From an uncultured Holophagales bacterium (GTDB taxonomy: Bacteria > Acidobacteriota > Thermoanaerobaculia > Multivoradales > UBA5704), in contig CAWJGT010000003.1 in NCBI GenBank assembly GCA_963842525.1, forward strand, positions 1,696,001 through 1,760,000: 64,000 nt of DNA, read 5' to 3'. Position numbers and translations under genes: made by a program. Below the pieces are notes generated by a model, which saw only the letters and a list, made by a program, of their open reading frames with translations, ran no database searches and was not told the DNA's origin. Shown here in pieces: positions 1-8,711 of the stretch (positions within the stretch are counted from its first letter, which is position 1; every line of letters starts with the position of its first letter).

Positions 1-86
1 GGAGTTGGAGCGGGACCAGCGGGCGTCGAGCACGCGCGATTATAGACACACCACCGCCGGCGGCGATTTGAGGCTCCTCGGCCGCC

Positions 87-320
87 CGACGGACAGTTGG
101 CCCTGGTCTGGCCGCAACCAGCGCCGGAAAAGGGGCGGTTCGCTCCGCAGGTCGGACGGTTAATGCTGCGGGTCGGACAGTGCGCTCTGAAGGTCGGACG
201 GTTGTGGCCGCGGGACGGACAGTTTGCTCCGAAGGTCGGACAGTTGCTGGAACGGCTCGGACAGTCCATTCCGAAGGACGGACAGTTGACGTAGCAGGTC
301 GGACAGCTCGCTCCGCGAGG
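87..320. repeat. 21-bp-period degenerate tandem array (core GGWCGGACRG), followed by inverted copies to ~460
   Basis: Cores at 150, 171, 192, 213, 234, 255, 276 and 297, with 87 in register; reverse-complement cores (CYGTCCG) recur at 325-460. Confidence 0.8.
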
Positions 321-559
321 CGAACCGTCCGACCCGCGGAGCCGACTGTCCCTTGTCCGGCACAGACTGTCCGTGTCGATCCTCCCGGAGCCACCATGCC
401 GGTACGAACTGTCCGAGCCGGTCCCGTCGCTCAGGCGAGATCGGCGCCTACCGTCCGTACCGGTCTGGTGGACTGCGCGGGATCAGCCCCCACCATCCAT
501 TTGGAGCTGCTGGAAGCCGCGAGACCGGAGCGATCGCCACCCGTCTCTATCTAATAAGG

Positions 560-1102
560 TCAGCTTTCCGGTCCGGCAACCTGCCGGTCGAGGATCGCTC
601 CGGCCCGTTCCAGAGCGATCGCTCCCGCGGCCTCCAGCAGCCGGGCCAGCGACTCGGGCGACCTCACCAGCATCTCGGCCACATGCAGCGCTTCAATGAG
701 CCGGTCGTCAAAGAGGGCCAGATGACCGACGAGCTCGCCGCTGCCAACCACGGCGTAGCCGGCCAGCTCCGGATCGACCTGCAGCCGGAATGCAGCATCC
801 CGGCCCGTGCCTGGAAGGATGGCCGCAGCCAGTAGAGCCACCGACCGACGCCGGAACACCGCGAAAGGCCGGAACCGCCGGGCCGGTTCCTCGCCGAGGC
901 GGAACAGCCCCCAGCCGGAGCCGGGGATCTCCTCGAGCTGCCAAGGCCCGGCCATATCGGCCTCGCCCGCCGTAAGAGGCTCATCGCGCTCGCCCACCCG
1001 CTTCAGAAACTCCGGGGTGAACGCATTCGCGGGATTGACGGGATACTGGGAGGACGAAACGTCGGGGACAGACGGGGTGCTATTCTCTTCAGAGCCCTTC
1101 AT
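560..1102 (-). CDS. Hypothetical protein (180 aa)
   Basis: Protein-like ORF with strong SD (AAGGAGG) and an upstream sigma70-like promoter. Confidence 0.8.
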   Translation of the reverse strand: MKGSEENSTPSVPDVSSSQYPVNPANAFTPEFLKRVGERDEPLTAGEADMAGPWQLEEIPGSGWGLFRLGEEPARRFRPFAVFRRRSVALLAAAILPGTGRDAAFRLQVDPELAGYAVVGSGELVGHLALFDDRLIEALHVAEMLVRSPESLARLLEAAGAIALERAGAILDRQVAGPES

Positions 1103-1281
1103 GGAGTCTACCTCCTTGTGGGGTCAGGTCCGGGAGTTGAGCCTCCACTCACTTCCGGGCCGCTTGTGGATTGGCCGCGAGACAACGCGGCCGGCGAGAG
1201 AACGCTGCGGTGCGGCTTCGCGGTTCTTTGGATCTTGCCTGGCCACCTCCCTTCGTGGTTTACTGCCTTGATACCGCCTGC

Positions 1282-1311
1282 ATTGTAGAGAGGGGCGGCT
1301 GGGGGTGTCAA
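1282..1311 (-). promoter_or_regulatory. Sigma70-like promoter TTGACA-N18-TACAAT
   Basis: Near-consensus boxes ~170 nt upstream of the 1102 start. Confidence 0.65.
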
Positions 1312-1400
1312 GAGGGAAGTTGTGGGGATTGGGAAATGAGCGGCTGATTTGTTGTGTGTTGACGGATTGTTGATGGTGGTAGGTTTGCGACCACGGGTGT

Positions 1401-1814
1401 ATGCTTCCGATGTCTCGTGTGAACGAACCAATGTCAGCCTGTGTTAAGTGTGGCTCGAATGATTTCGGCGTTTGGACCTCAGCTACAACCGGCCGGGTTC
1501 ATCGCTACTGCCGACCGTGTCGTCGCTTCCGAGCTGCCGCGTACTCTGCTCGCAAGGCCGCGAGCGGCGAGTCTCATACTCGCGCAGAGTGGCTTGCCAA
1601 GCTTGCCCTGTTCGACCGCTGCCCGATTTGCAATCGCCTTTGGGGTGATATCCCACGGCGGCCAGACCGGCGGTATCATCACGTCTGGACCAAGGATCAC
1701 ATTGCTCCACTCACTCGCGGAGGCAGTGACCACGTCGACAACATTCAGCCCGCCTGCTACCAGTGTAATTCAGGCAAATGCAATGGCAGAACACCCAAGA
1801 ACCGCAACGCCTAA
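1401..1814 (+). CDS. HNH endonuclease with Zn-binding CxxC motifs (start may be 1431)
   Basis: CPIC...TKDHIAPLTRGG..HVDNIQPACYQCNSGK HNH signature. Confidence 0.85.
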   Translation: MLPMSRVNEPMSACVKCGSNDFGVWTSATTGRVHRYCRPCRRFRAAAYSARKAASGESHTRAEWLAKLALFDRCPICNRLWGDIPRRPDRRYHHVWTKDHIAPLTRGGSDHVDNIQPACYQCNSGKCNGRTPKNRNA

Positions 1815-1872
1815 CGAAGGCGCGTTCAACCTGATGAGCATAGGGAACTCCCATTTCTGACAGGTTAACGAG

Positions 1873-2337
1873 ATGAAAATTCTTCGTGTCTACATCGATA
1901 CTTCGGTTGTGGGTGGGTGCTTTGACCCCGAGTTCTCGCCTTGGTCCAATGGGCTCATTCAAGATTTCCAAGAGGGGCGATTCATTCCGGTTGTCTCTGA
2001 GGTCGTTGCGGTAGAGCTTGAATTTGCGCCCGATGCTGTAAAGGCCAAGTGGGATGAGATTCTGTATATGGAGCCAGAGCTTCTCGAGGTGACTGAAGAG
2101 GAGAAGGGGCTTGCCGGCAAGTATGCGGAGCGCGGTGCTCTACCACCGAAGTTCCGTAACGATATGCTTCACATCGCGCTAGCTACGGTGGCAGATATTG
2201 ACGTCCTGGTGAGTTGGAATTTCAAGCACATCGTGCGGTTGGAAAAGATTCGCATTTTCAATGCTGTAAATCTGGAGCTGGGTTATAAGCAGCTACAGAT
2301 CCACTCGCCGAGAGAGGTGACGAGCTATGGAAAATAA
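1873..2337 (+). CDS. PIN-domain (VapC-like) toxin
   Basis: VYIDTSV N-terminus, DMLHIALA, LVSWNFKHIV motifs. Confidence 0.9.
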   Translation: MKILRVYIDTSVVGGCFDPEFSPWSNGLIQDFQEGRFIPVVSEVVAVELEFAPDAVKAKWDEILYMEPELLEVTEEEKGLAGKYAERGALPPKFRNDMLHIALATVADIDVLVSWNFKHIVRLEKIRIFNAVNLELGYKQLQIHSPREVTSYGK

Positions 2338-2506
2338 GGAAATTGATGCAGTCGGTATGGTGCGCCGCATCCGTGATGATCTTTACGAAGAAACAAAGGA
2401 TCTGTCAACCGAAGAGTTGATTGCATTCTATCGCCGCCGTGCTGCTCCGACGAAGGAGAGATTGTCTCGGCTGCACGCGGAAAGAAAAGCGACCAGGCAT
2501 GCATGA
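2327..2506 (+). CDS. Small putative antitoxin (59 aa, MENKEIDAVGMVRRIRDDLYEETK...)
   Basis: Read by hand; overlaps the PIN stop; paralogous to the N-terminus of 3713..4165. Confidence 0.7.
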   Translation: MENKEIDAVGMVRRIRDDLYEETKDLSTEELIAFYRRRAAPTKERLSRLHAERKATRHA

Positions 2507-2650
2507 CGTGTGTCAGACCTACCGACGCGGGACAGGGCCAATAGATGAAAACTGTGAACGCGCATTAACGCCGGGTAACCTACTGGGAGAACAGTGCGGA
2601 TCTCGCGCCTGAGTTTCCTTGCAGATAGCAGAAATGGGGCGTCGGTGGCG

Positions 2651-2833
2651 ATGAGAGAGGTTGAGAGTGATCCGGTGATCGACGAGATTCGAGAGATTCG
2701 GTACCAAATCTCGGCACGATTCAACCATGATCCTGCCAAGTTGGTGGAATACTATATGGAACTGCAGAGGCAGTATGAAGACAGGCTTAAAGCACTGAGG
2801 GGTGCGGATGAAGAGAACGATCTATCTGGATAG
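2651..2833 (+). CDS. Small putative antitoxin (DPVIDEIREIRYQIS type)
   Basis: Short helical ORF of the type found next to PIN genes; overlaps the next PIN start. Confidence 0.65.
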   Translation: MREVESDPVIDEIREIRYQISARFNHDPAKLVEYYMELQRQYEDRLKALRGADEENDLSG

Positions 2834-3284
2834 CACCATTCCCAGCTACCTCTTCGACCAGAGAGACAGCATTCGAGAGTTCATTGGGATAACGAAGAGA
2901 TGGTGGGAGCAAGAGCGGAAGCATTTTCGCCTTGTAATATCTGAGGCGACTATCGCCGAAGTGAGCTCTGGTAGCCATCCTTACAAAGAGATGATTATCA
3001 GGGAGTGTATCTCCGGTCTCGAGGTGCTGCCTCCGCATGAGCGGCTGAAGGAAGTTGTATCTACCTACATCGAGAATCACCTGATGCCGGGGGGAGCAAC
3101 GGGAGACGCAGTGCACCTTGCCTATGCGTCATTCTATAAGGCTGACTTTCTTATGACCTGGAACTGCAATCATCTGGCAAATGCCAACAAGAAGCAGCAT
3201 ATAGCCATCATGAACGCCCGCTTGAGGCTGTTCATTCCAGAGATCGTGACTCCAATGGAGCTGTTTACGGAGACTGAATCATGA
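2808..3284 (+). CDS. PIN-domain (VapC-like) toxin
   Basis: IYLDSTIPSY, DAVHLAYA, LMTWNCNHLAN motifs. Confidence 0.9.
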   Translation: MKRTIYLDSTIPSYLFDQRDSIREFIGITKRWWEQERKHFRLVISEATIAEVSSGSHPYKEMIIRECISGLEVLPPHERLKEVVSTYIENHLMPGGATGDAVHLAYASFYKADFLMTWNCNHLANANKKQHIAIMNARLRLFIPEIVTPMELFTETES

Positions 3285-3490
3285 TAACGAACCACATACT
3301 CGAAGATAAGTGGAAGGTGCAGAAGGAATTAAGTGAGCAGGCTGGACATGACCTCGGCAGATACATTGCGCTTATTCACCGGAAGGTCGAAGAGGCGGAA
3401 GAGCGTTATGGAATTAGGTTCCGGTACACTGAACATGAGGTTTCAAAGCCTAGACGCGGTCGTATTGGTTCGAGATCTTCCGGTACATGA
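3281..3490 (+). CDS. Small putative antitoxin
   Basis: ATGA overlap with PIN gene; similar to 2651..2833 type. Confidence 0.6.
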   Translation: MITNHILEDKWKVQKELSEQAGHDLGRYIALIHRKVEEAEERYGIRFRYTEHEVSKPRRGRIGSRSSGT

Positions 3491-3668
3491 TCTTCGCGCG
3501 GGGGACTTGGGTGCGGTCGTTGAAGTCTATGAGCCTGATGGTCTCGAGGTAGAGTTCGTTACTGCTTCGGGTAGGACGAATGCATTGGTCACATTGAATG
3601 TGGACGACGTCAGGCATATCGCTGATACAGACCTCGTTACGGTGCGGAGTCTGGCACGGTCGGCGTGA
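3435..3668 (+). CDS. DUF4926 family protein
   Basis: LDAVVLVRDLP..L.AGDLGAVVEVY....EVEFV..SG.T pattern. Confidence 0.8.
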   Translation: MRFQSLDAVVLVRDLPVHDLRAGDLGAVVEVYEPDGLEVEFVTASGRTNALVTLNVDDVRHIADTDLVTVRSLARSA

Positions 3669-3712
3669 TGCGCTCGGGGAAGAAATCGGCTCGCCTGGCG
3701 AGGTGACGGCCT

Positions 3713-4165
3713 ATGGGCAATAAAGAGTTCGATGCGGTGGCCATGGTGCGACTAATTCGCGATGAGATGTACGAAGAGACAAAGGACCTATCCAGGGAAA
3801 AGCTGATTGCGTTCTATCGCCGTCGCGGTGCTGCAGGCAGGGAAACACCGGCTCGCGCGCAACAGGTTACTGTGGGTGAGGAAGCACTGACCGTTGATCT
3901 CGTAGATGGAAGGACTCTCATTGTTCCCTTGATCTGGTTTCCACGACTTTGGCATGGAACGGCGACGGAACGTGACAATGTTGAACTTGTCGGGGATGGG
4001 ATCTTCATTCACTGGCCAGATTTGGATGAAGATTTAAGTGTGGCCGGGCTCTTGTCCGGCAATAGAAGCGAAGAGAGTTCTCAATCTTTGAAGAAATGGC
4101 TCGAGGCGCGTTCCGCCCAGCCCAATCCCCGGACTGGAGACGCAGTTCGTCGGGCGCCCGATTGA
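3713..4165 (+). CDS. Chimeric ORF: antitoxin-like N-terminus fused to DUF2442 domain
   Basis: N-terminus mirrors the 2327 ORF; C-terminus VDLVDGRTLIVPLIWFPRL...IHWPDLDEDLSV. Confidence 0.75.
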   Translation: MGNKEFDAVAMVRLIRDEMYEETKDLSREKLIAFYRRRGAAGRETPARAQQVTVGEEALTVDLVDGRTLIVPLIWFPRLWHGTATERDNVELVGDGIFIHWPDLDEDLSVAGLLSGNRSEESSQSLKKWLEARSAQPNPRTGDAVRRAPD

Positions 4166-4188
4166 AGCCGCGTTCACCTTGAGGCAGC

Positions 4189-4485
4189 ATGGACCACCCG
4201 ATCTACCGCGCGACTTCAGTAGAGCTTCTCGGTAGCTACAGGCTTCGAGTCGGCTTTGATGACGGCAGCACGAGGGAGATCGACTTGGAGCCAATCCTTG
4301 AGGGCGGGATCTACGGACCTCTGCGCGGCAGTACCTTGTTCGCTGCTGTAGAGATCGACCCGGAAGTACATACGCTCGTGTGGCCCAGCGGAGCTGACTT
4401 CGATCCGGCGATTCTGCACGATTGGCCAAAGCATGAAGGTGCAATGCGTGAGCTCGCCAAGCGATGGGCGATGGCAGGCGTATAG
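4189..4485 (+). CDS. DUF2442 family protein
   Basis: YRLRVGFDDG..REIDL....TLVWPSGADFDP pattern. Confidence 0.85.
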   Translation: MDHPIYRATSVELLGSYRLRVGFDDGSTREIDLEPILEGGIYGPLRGSTLFAAVEIDPEVHTLVWPSGADFDPAILHDWPKHEGAMRELAKRWAMAGV

Positions 4486-4562
4486 GAAGGGTGCCGCGTT
4501 GGCTTACGCCGCCTGACACATGGCCTGCGGTCCGCGAGTCGCTGCAACGGAAGGAGAACCTC

Positions 4563-4955
4563 ATGTACACGTTCAATCGCGTCATTCCCCTCCTCGTCTA
4601 TGAGGATATCCCGGCGGCTCACGACTTCCTGGTCAAGGCGTTCGGCTTCGATTCCGGAGGCGTCGACCGCGACGGCGAGGGCCAGGCAGTTCATGGCGAG
4701 GTCCGTGCCGGGGATACGACGATCTGGCTGCACCGCATGACCGCGGAGCATGAGCTCAAATCTCCGCGTGCCGGGGGGATGTCGAGCTCAGGTCTTGTGG
4801 TACATGTGGATGACGTCGACGCGCACTGCGAGCGCGCTCGCGCGGCCGGCGCGCACATTGAATCCGAGCCGACAGACATGCCCTACGGCCAGCGTGAATA
4901 TGGGGCTCGGGATCCGGAAGGCCACCGGTGGTGGTTCGCGGCTCCCCTAAGCTGA
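4563..4955 (+). CDS. VOC/glyoxalase-bleomycin resistance family protein
   Basis: VDDVDAH.ERA.AAGA...P.D.PYG.REY.ARDPEGH.W. Confidence 0.9.
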   Translation: MYTFNRVIPLLVYEDIPAAHDFLVKAFGFDSGGVDRDGEGQAVHGEVRAGDTTIWLHRMTAEHELKSPRAGGMSSSGLVVHVDDVDAHCERARAAGAHIESEPTDMPYGQREYGARDPEGHRWWFAAPLS

Positions 4956-4972
4956 ATGGCAAAAGGAATGTC

Positions 4973-5392
4973 ATGCACATCAAAGACCTGTATTCGGTCA
5001 TCGTGACTGACAAACATACCGAATGCCGCGACTTCTATGTCCGCTGGTTCGGTTTTAAGGTTGTGTTCGAGGCGTCCTGGTTTGTCTACCTCGCAGCAAC
5101 GGGGGACCATGCGTTTGGCGTTGCCTTCATGTCTCCGGATCATCCTTCTCAGCCTCCGGGTCCCGAAACCTTCAATGGCAGAGGGATGTTCATCACGATT
5201 CAGGTCGCGGACGCGGCTGCGGAGCACGAGCGTCTGGAACGCGCCGGGCTTGCGATCGCGTATCCACTGCATGACGAGCCCTGGGGGCAGAGGCGCTTCG
5301 CTGTGTACGACCCGTCGGGAACGTGGGTCGATGTCATCGAGCAGATCGAGCCGGCGCCGGGATTTTGGGATAAGTATCTCACTGGAGAATGA
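4973..5392 (+). CDS. VOC/glyoxalase family protein
   Basis: DFYVRWFGF...L.DEPWGQRRF..YDPSG. Confidence 0.9.
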   Translation: MHIKDLYSVIVTDKHTECRDFYVRWFGFKVVFEASWFVYLAATGDHAFGVAFMSPDHPSQPPGPETFNGRGMFITIQVADAAAEHERLERAGLAIAYPLHDEPWGQRRFAVYDPSGTWVDVIEQIEPAPGFWDKYLTGE

Positions 5393-5402
5393 GGTTAAAA
5401 CA

Positions 5403-6536
5403 ATGACATCACTCCAGCTGTTCGCCATTCTTGCGATAATTCTGGGTGCCGGCCCCGGGACGCCTGCTCTGGATTTCAGCCGCTCTGTTCCGCTGGAAAC
5501 GAAGGCGGAGGCTACGGCCAATGCCAGCCTGGGCGACTTGGATGGCGACGGCGATCTGGATGTCCTGTTGGCCAAGGGGCGGCATTGGCCCCAGCTCGAC
5601 CTAGTCCTTTTGAATGACGGCAAGGGGCGCTTCGACCAGCGACACCAGCTCGGCGACAAGGCCGATCGGACGTACACGGCGGCTCTCGGCGATCTCGACG
5701 GCGACGGCGACCTCGATGTCGTGGTGAGCAATGACTCTCCCGACGCGAAGGTGGTCTACCTCAACGATGGGAAGGCACATTTCACCCTGGCAGGCACCTT
5801 CGGACAGCCGGAGTGGCCCACGCGGAACATCACGGTCGCCGATCTCAACGGCGATGCCCGGCCCGACGTGGTCGTGGCGAACCGAGGAGGCCCGGAGAGC
5901 CTGAGCGCAAACCAGGTCTGCATGAATGACGGCCGCGGGCGCTTCCCGGCCTGCGCGGTGCTGTCGAAGGAATCGGCCACGTCGATCGCCGCGGGAGATC
6001 TCAACGGCGATGGTAAGATTGATTTGGTCGTACCGCACCGGGACGGAGGTCAGAGCTACGTCTTTTTAAATGATGGCAAAGGTGGCTTGGGGGATCGCCG
6101 CCCCTTTGGTCCTCCCAAATCGGCCTCGCGTGCAGTGGCGCTCGGTGACCTCGACGGAGATGGCCGTCTGGACGTCATCGTCGGCCATGAAGGCCTAGGC
6201 GGCGCGTTCGTCTTCTTGAACCGAGGAGAGGCGGCGTTCGCCGAGCCGGTGCCGGTGGCGGAGAAGAGCGACACTCCGTACTCGATCGCCGTCGCGGACC
6301 TAGACGGGGACAAGGACGCGGACCTCATCCTCGGGAACGAGCAGACGGCGGGGGTCGTGCTCCTGAACGACGGGACAGGCCGCGCGTTCACGCCGGTGCG
6401 CTTTGGCGACGGAAGTGGAGCGGTCTATGGTCTCGCCGTCGGAGACGTCAACGGCGACGGGTCCCCGGACATCGTTGCCGCTCGATCGGACGCCCTCAGC
6501 ATGCTTTTTCTGAATTCACTGTCGAGGCAGAAGTAG
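5403..6536 (+). CDS. Secreted FG-GAP/VCBS repeat protein
   Basis: Signal peptide plus seven [GA]D[LV][DN]GDxxxD...L[LF]N repeats. Confidence 0.9.
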   Translation: MTSLQLFAILAIILGAGPGTPALDFSRSVPLETKAEATANASLGDLDGDGDLDVLLAKGRHWPQLDLVLLNDGKGRFDQRHQLGDKADRTYTAALGDLDGDGDLDVVVSNDSPDAKVVYLNDGKAHFTLAGTFGQPEWPTRNITVADLNGDARPDVVVANRGGPESLSANQVCMNDGRGRFPACAVLSKESATSIAAGDLNGDGKIDLVVPHRDGGQSYVFLNDGKGGLGDRRPFGPPKSASRAVALGDLDGDGRLDVIVGHEGLGGAFVFLNRGEAAFAEPVPVAEKSDTPYSIAVADLDGDKDADLILGNEQTAGVVLLNDGTGRAFTPVRFGDGSGAVYGLAVGDVNGDGSPDIVAARSDALSMLFLNSLSRQK

Positions 6537-6546
6537 TCGAGGGTCC

Positions 6547-7141
6547 ATGCACGCGACGAATATCACCTTTTTCGCTGCGCCCGCTGACTTCCGTGCATGG
6601 CTCGAAAAGCATCACGCCAAAGAGCAAGAGCTTCTGGGTGGGATTCTACAAGAAGGGCTCGGGCAAACCGAGCATCACGTGGCCCGAGTCGGTGGATGAG
6701 GCCCTGTGCTTTGGCTGGATCGATGGCGTTCGCAAGAGCATGGGCGAGGAGAGCTATACGATCCGCTTTACGCCCCGGAAGGACGGCAGCATCTGGAGCG
6801 CGGTCAATATCAAGCGCGCAGGAGAGCTGATCAAGGAGGGGCTCATGCAGCCGGCGGGTCTCCGGGCCTTCGAGGACCGCAGGGAGGACCGGGAGCGCCG
6901 CTATGCCTATGAGCAGCAGGGCTCGAAGCTCTCCGACGAGTATGAGGAGAAATTCAAGGCCGATCCAAAGGCCTGGAGCTTCTACCAGTCACAAGCGCCG
7001 TGGTATCAGAGGACGACCGCCTGGTGGGTGATGAGCGCGAAGAAGGAAGAGACCCGGCTCAAGCGGCTCGACCAGCTCATCGCGGACTCAGCGCGAGAAC
7101 AGACGATCCCGGCGTTGACACGCGACAAGAAGCCCAAGTGA
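6547..7141 (+). CDS. YdeI/OmpD-associated family protein (apparent +1 frameshift at 6628-6634)
   Basis: FRAWLEKHH..E.ELWVGFYKK..ESVDEALCFGWIDG..AKKEETR.KRL restored by removing one base in GAGCTTC. Confidence 0.85.
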
Positions 7142-7152
7142 AACCCGCCTGA

Positions 7153-8511
7153 CTAGGGGTCCTCCTCCTTGGGATGGAGCACCAGCTCGAGCTCGATCGG
7201 CGGGTCCTGGTCGCCGCTGCCGATCACGATCTCCAGCGTGTCGCCCTTGATCTTCTGGCTTCCCCGTCCGAAGCTCGTATACAGCTCGTAGCGTTGCCCC
7301 TCGTACCCTTCCAGCCGGAAGCGGCCGGCCTCGTCGGTGTCGGTGCCATCGCCCCAGGTGTCCGGGTCGCTGAGGTAGACGGAGGCCCCGGCCGCGGGGC
7401 GGCCGTCCGGCCAGCGGACCACTCCGGTGACGGGGCGCCTCGCGAGCTTCGGCGGGAGCTGAAAGTCGATGGCTCGGACCTCGGAACGCCGCAGGGTGAT
7501 GCGAGTGGCCTTCGCCGGGTCGTCGGTGCCAGGGTACCAGGTGGCGGCATAGGGCGAGTCCTGGGCGCCGATTTTCCCATCCGGGTTGACCGCGACGAGG
7601 TAGTCCCCGGCGGGGAGCTCGTCGACGACGAAGCGGCCGTCTTCATCGGTCTGGGCCGACTGACTCGAGGACTCGTCTGTCGAGCGGGGAGCGTCCGCCT
7701 GCTGGATTTTGAGCCGCAGGTACACCGCGGGCTTGCCGTCGGCTTCGAATGCCCGGCCCCGGAGGGCAGCCAGGCGGCCGGCCTTGATCTCGACCCCGGT
7801 GCACTGCCCCGCGGGCACTTCGACCTGCTGCGGCTCGGAGGGCGCCAGATCCTTGGGCAGCCTGGCGTGGACGGTATAGGCGCCTTCGAGGCGGCCCTTG
7901 ACCTCGAACTCTCCTTCCGCGTCGGTCCGCGCCAGGTACCGCTGACCGCCGGGTCCTTCGACGGAGACGACGACCCCCGCGAGAGGCTCGGTCGAGCTGT
8001 AGCTCTCCAGGTCCTCTCGCTCCGCCCGGAAGACCCGGCCATACAGGGCTGTACGGACGCCTCCGCGGGCGACCAGCCGGGCATAGGCGACGTCGGCGGC
8101 CGCGTCCGCGAGGCGCTTCGTGGGGCTGCACAGCCAGGCGCTGAGCTCGCCCTTCTCGTTGCGTCCGGCATAGAGGAAATAGCTCGTGCCGATCGGAAAG
8201 TCGATCCCACAATCGCCCCCGCCGCTGCCGGTCAGGACGTCGACGGTCGGCCCCTCGACTCCGACGAAGGCTTCGACGACCTCGAAGGTAAAGCGGCGCT
8301 TCGGGCCGTAGTGGTCGCGCGGGCCGGGGATGTCCGCAACGCTGATCGCCCGGCCGACGAACACGGCATCTTCCTGATAATTCCAGTACGCCTCGCACGG
8401 CTGGTCGGCTCCATAGTCCATCGTGCAGGAGCAGGCGGTGGCGGCAGGGGGTGCCGCGAGGGCCAACCCCAGAAAGGTGAGAAGGGCGAGGGAGCGGATG
8501 GTGGATCTCAT
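7153..8511 (-). CDS. Secreted protein, TIMP-like CSC N-terminus plus carboxypeptidase-regulatory-like domains
   Basis: Signal peptide, ACSC, GGGDCG; repeated G.V...G.P...TD..G.F. Confidence 0.8.
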   Translation of the reverse strand: MRSTIRSLALLTFLGLALAAPPAATACSCTMDYGADQPCEAYWNYQEDAVFVGRAISVADIPGPRDHYGPKRRFTFEVVEAFVGVEGPTVDVLTGSGGGDCGIDFPIGTSYFLYAGRNEKGELSAWLCSPTKRLADAAADVAYARLVARGGVRTALYGRVFRAEREDLESYSSTEPLAGVVVSVEGPGGQRYLARTDAEGEFEVKGRLEGAYTVHARLPKDLAPSEPQQVEVPAGQCTGVEIKAGRLAALRGRAFEADGKPAVYLRLKIQQADAPRSTDESSSQSAQTDEDGRFVVDELPAGDYLVAVNPDGKIGAQDSPYAATWYPGTDDPAKATRITLRRSEVRAIDFQLPPKLARRPVTGVVRWPDGRPAAGASVYLSDPDTWGDGTDTDEAGRFRLEGYEGQRYELYTSFGRGSQKIKGDTLEIVIGSGDQDPPIELELVLHPKEEDP

Positions 8512-8586
8512 ATGGCTATAGACCCGCGAGACGCCCGGAGCGTTCCCTAGTACCTCGTCACAGTCCGAGTGACGGATAGCGTTTCA

Positions 8587-8644
8587 TGTAGGGGCGGCCC
8601 TTGTGGCCGCCCTCCGGAAGGGCACCCACAAGGGGCGCCCCTAC
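8587..8644. repeat. GTAG-type REP doublet
   Basis: TGTAGGGGCGGCCCTTGTGGCCGCCC ... GGGCACCCACAAGGGGCGCCCCTACA inverted pair between genes. Confidence 0.7.
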
Positions 8645-8711
8645 AGAGGGACGATCCATCTTTTCCGACGTGACAGGGTACTAGGCCTCTTCACCTTCCT
8701 GGGTACCGCTT

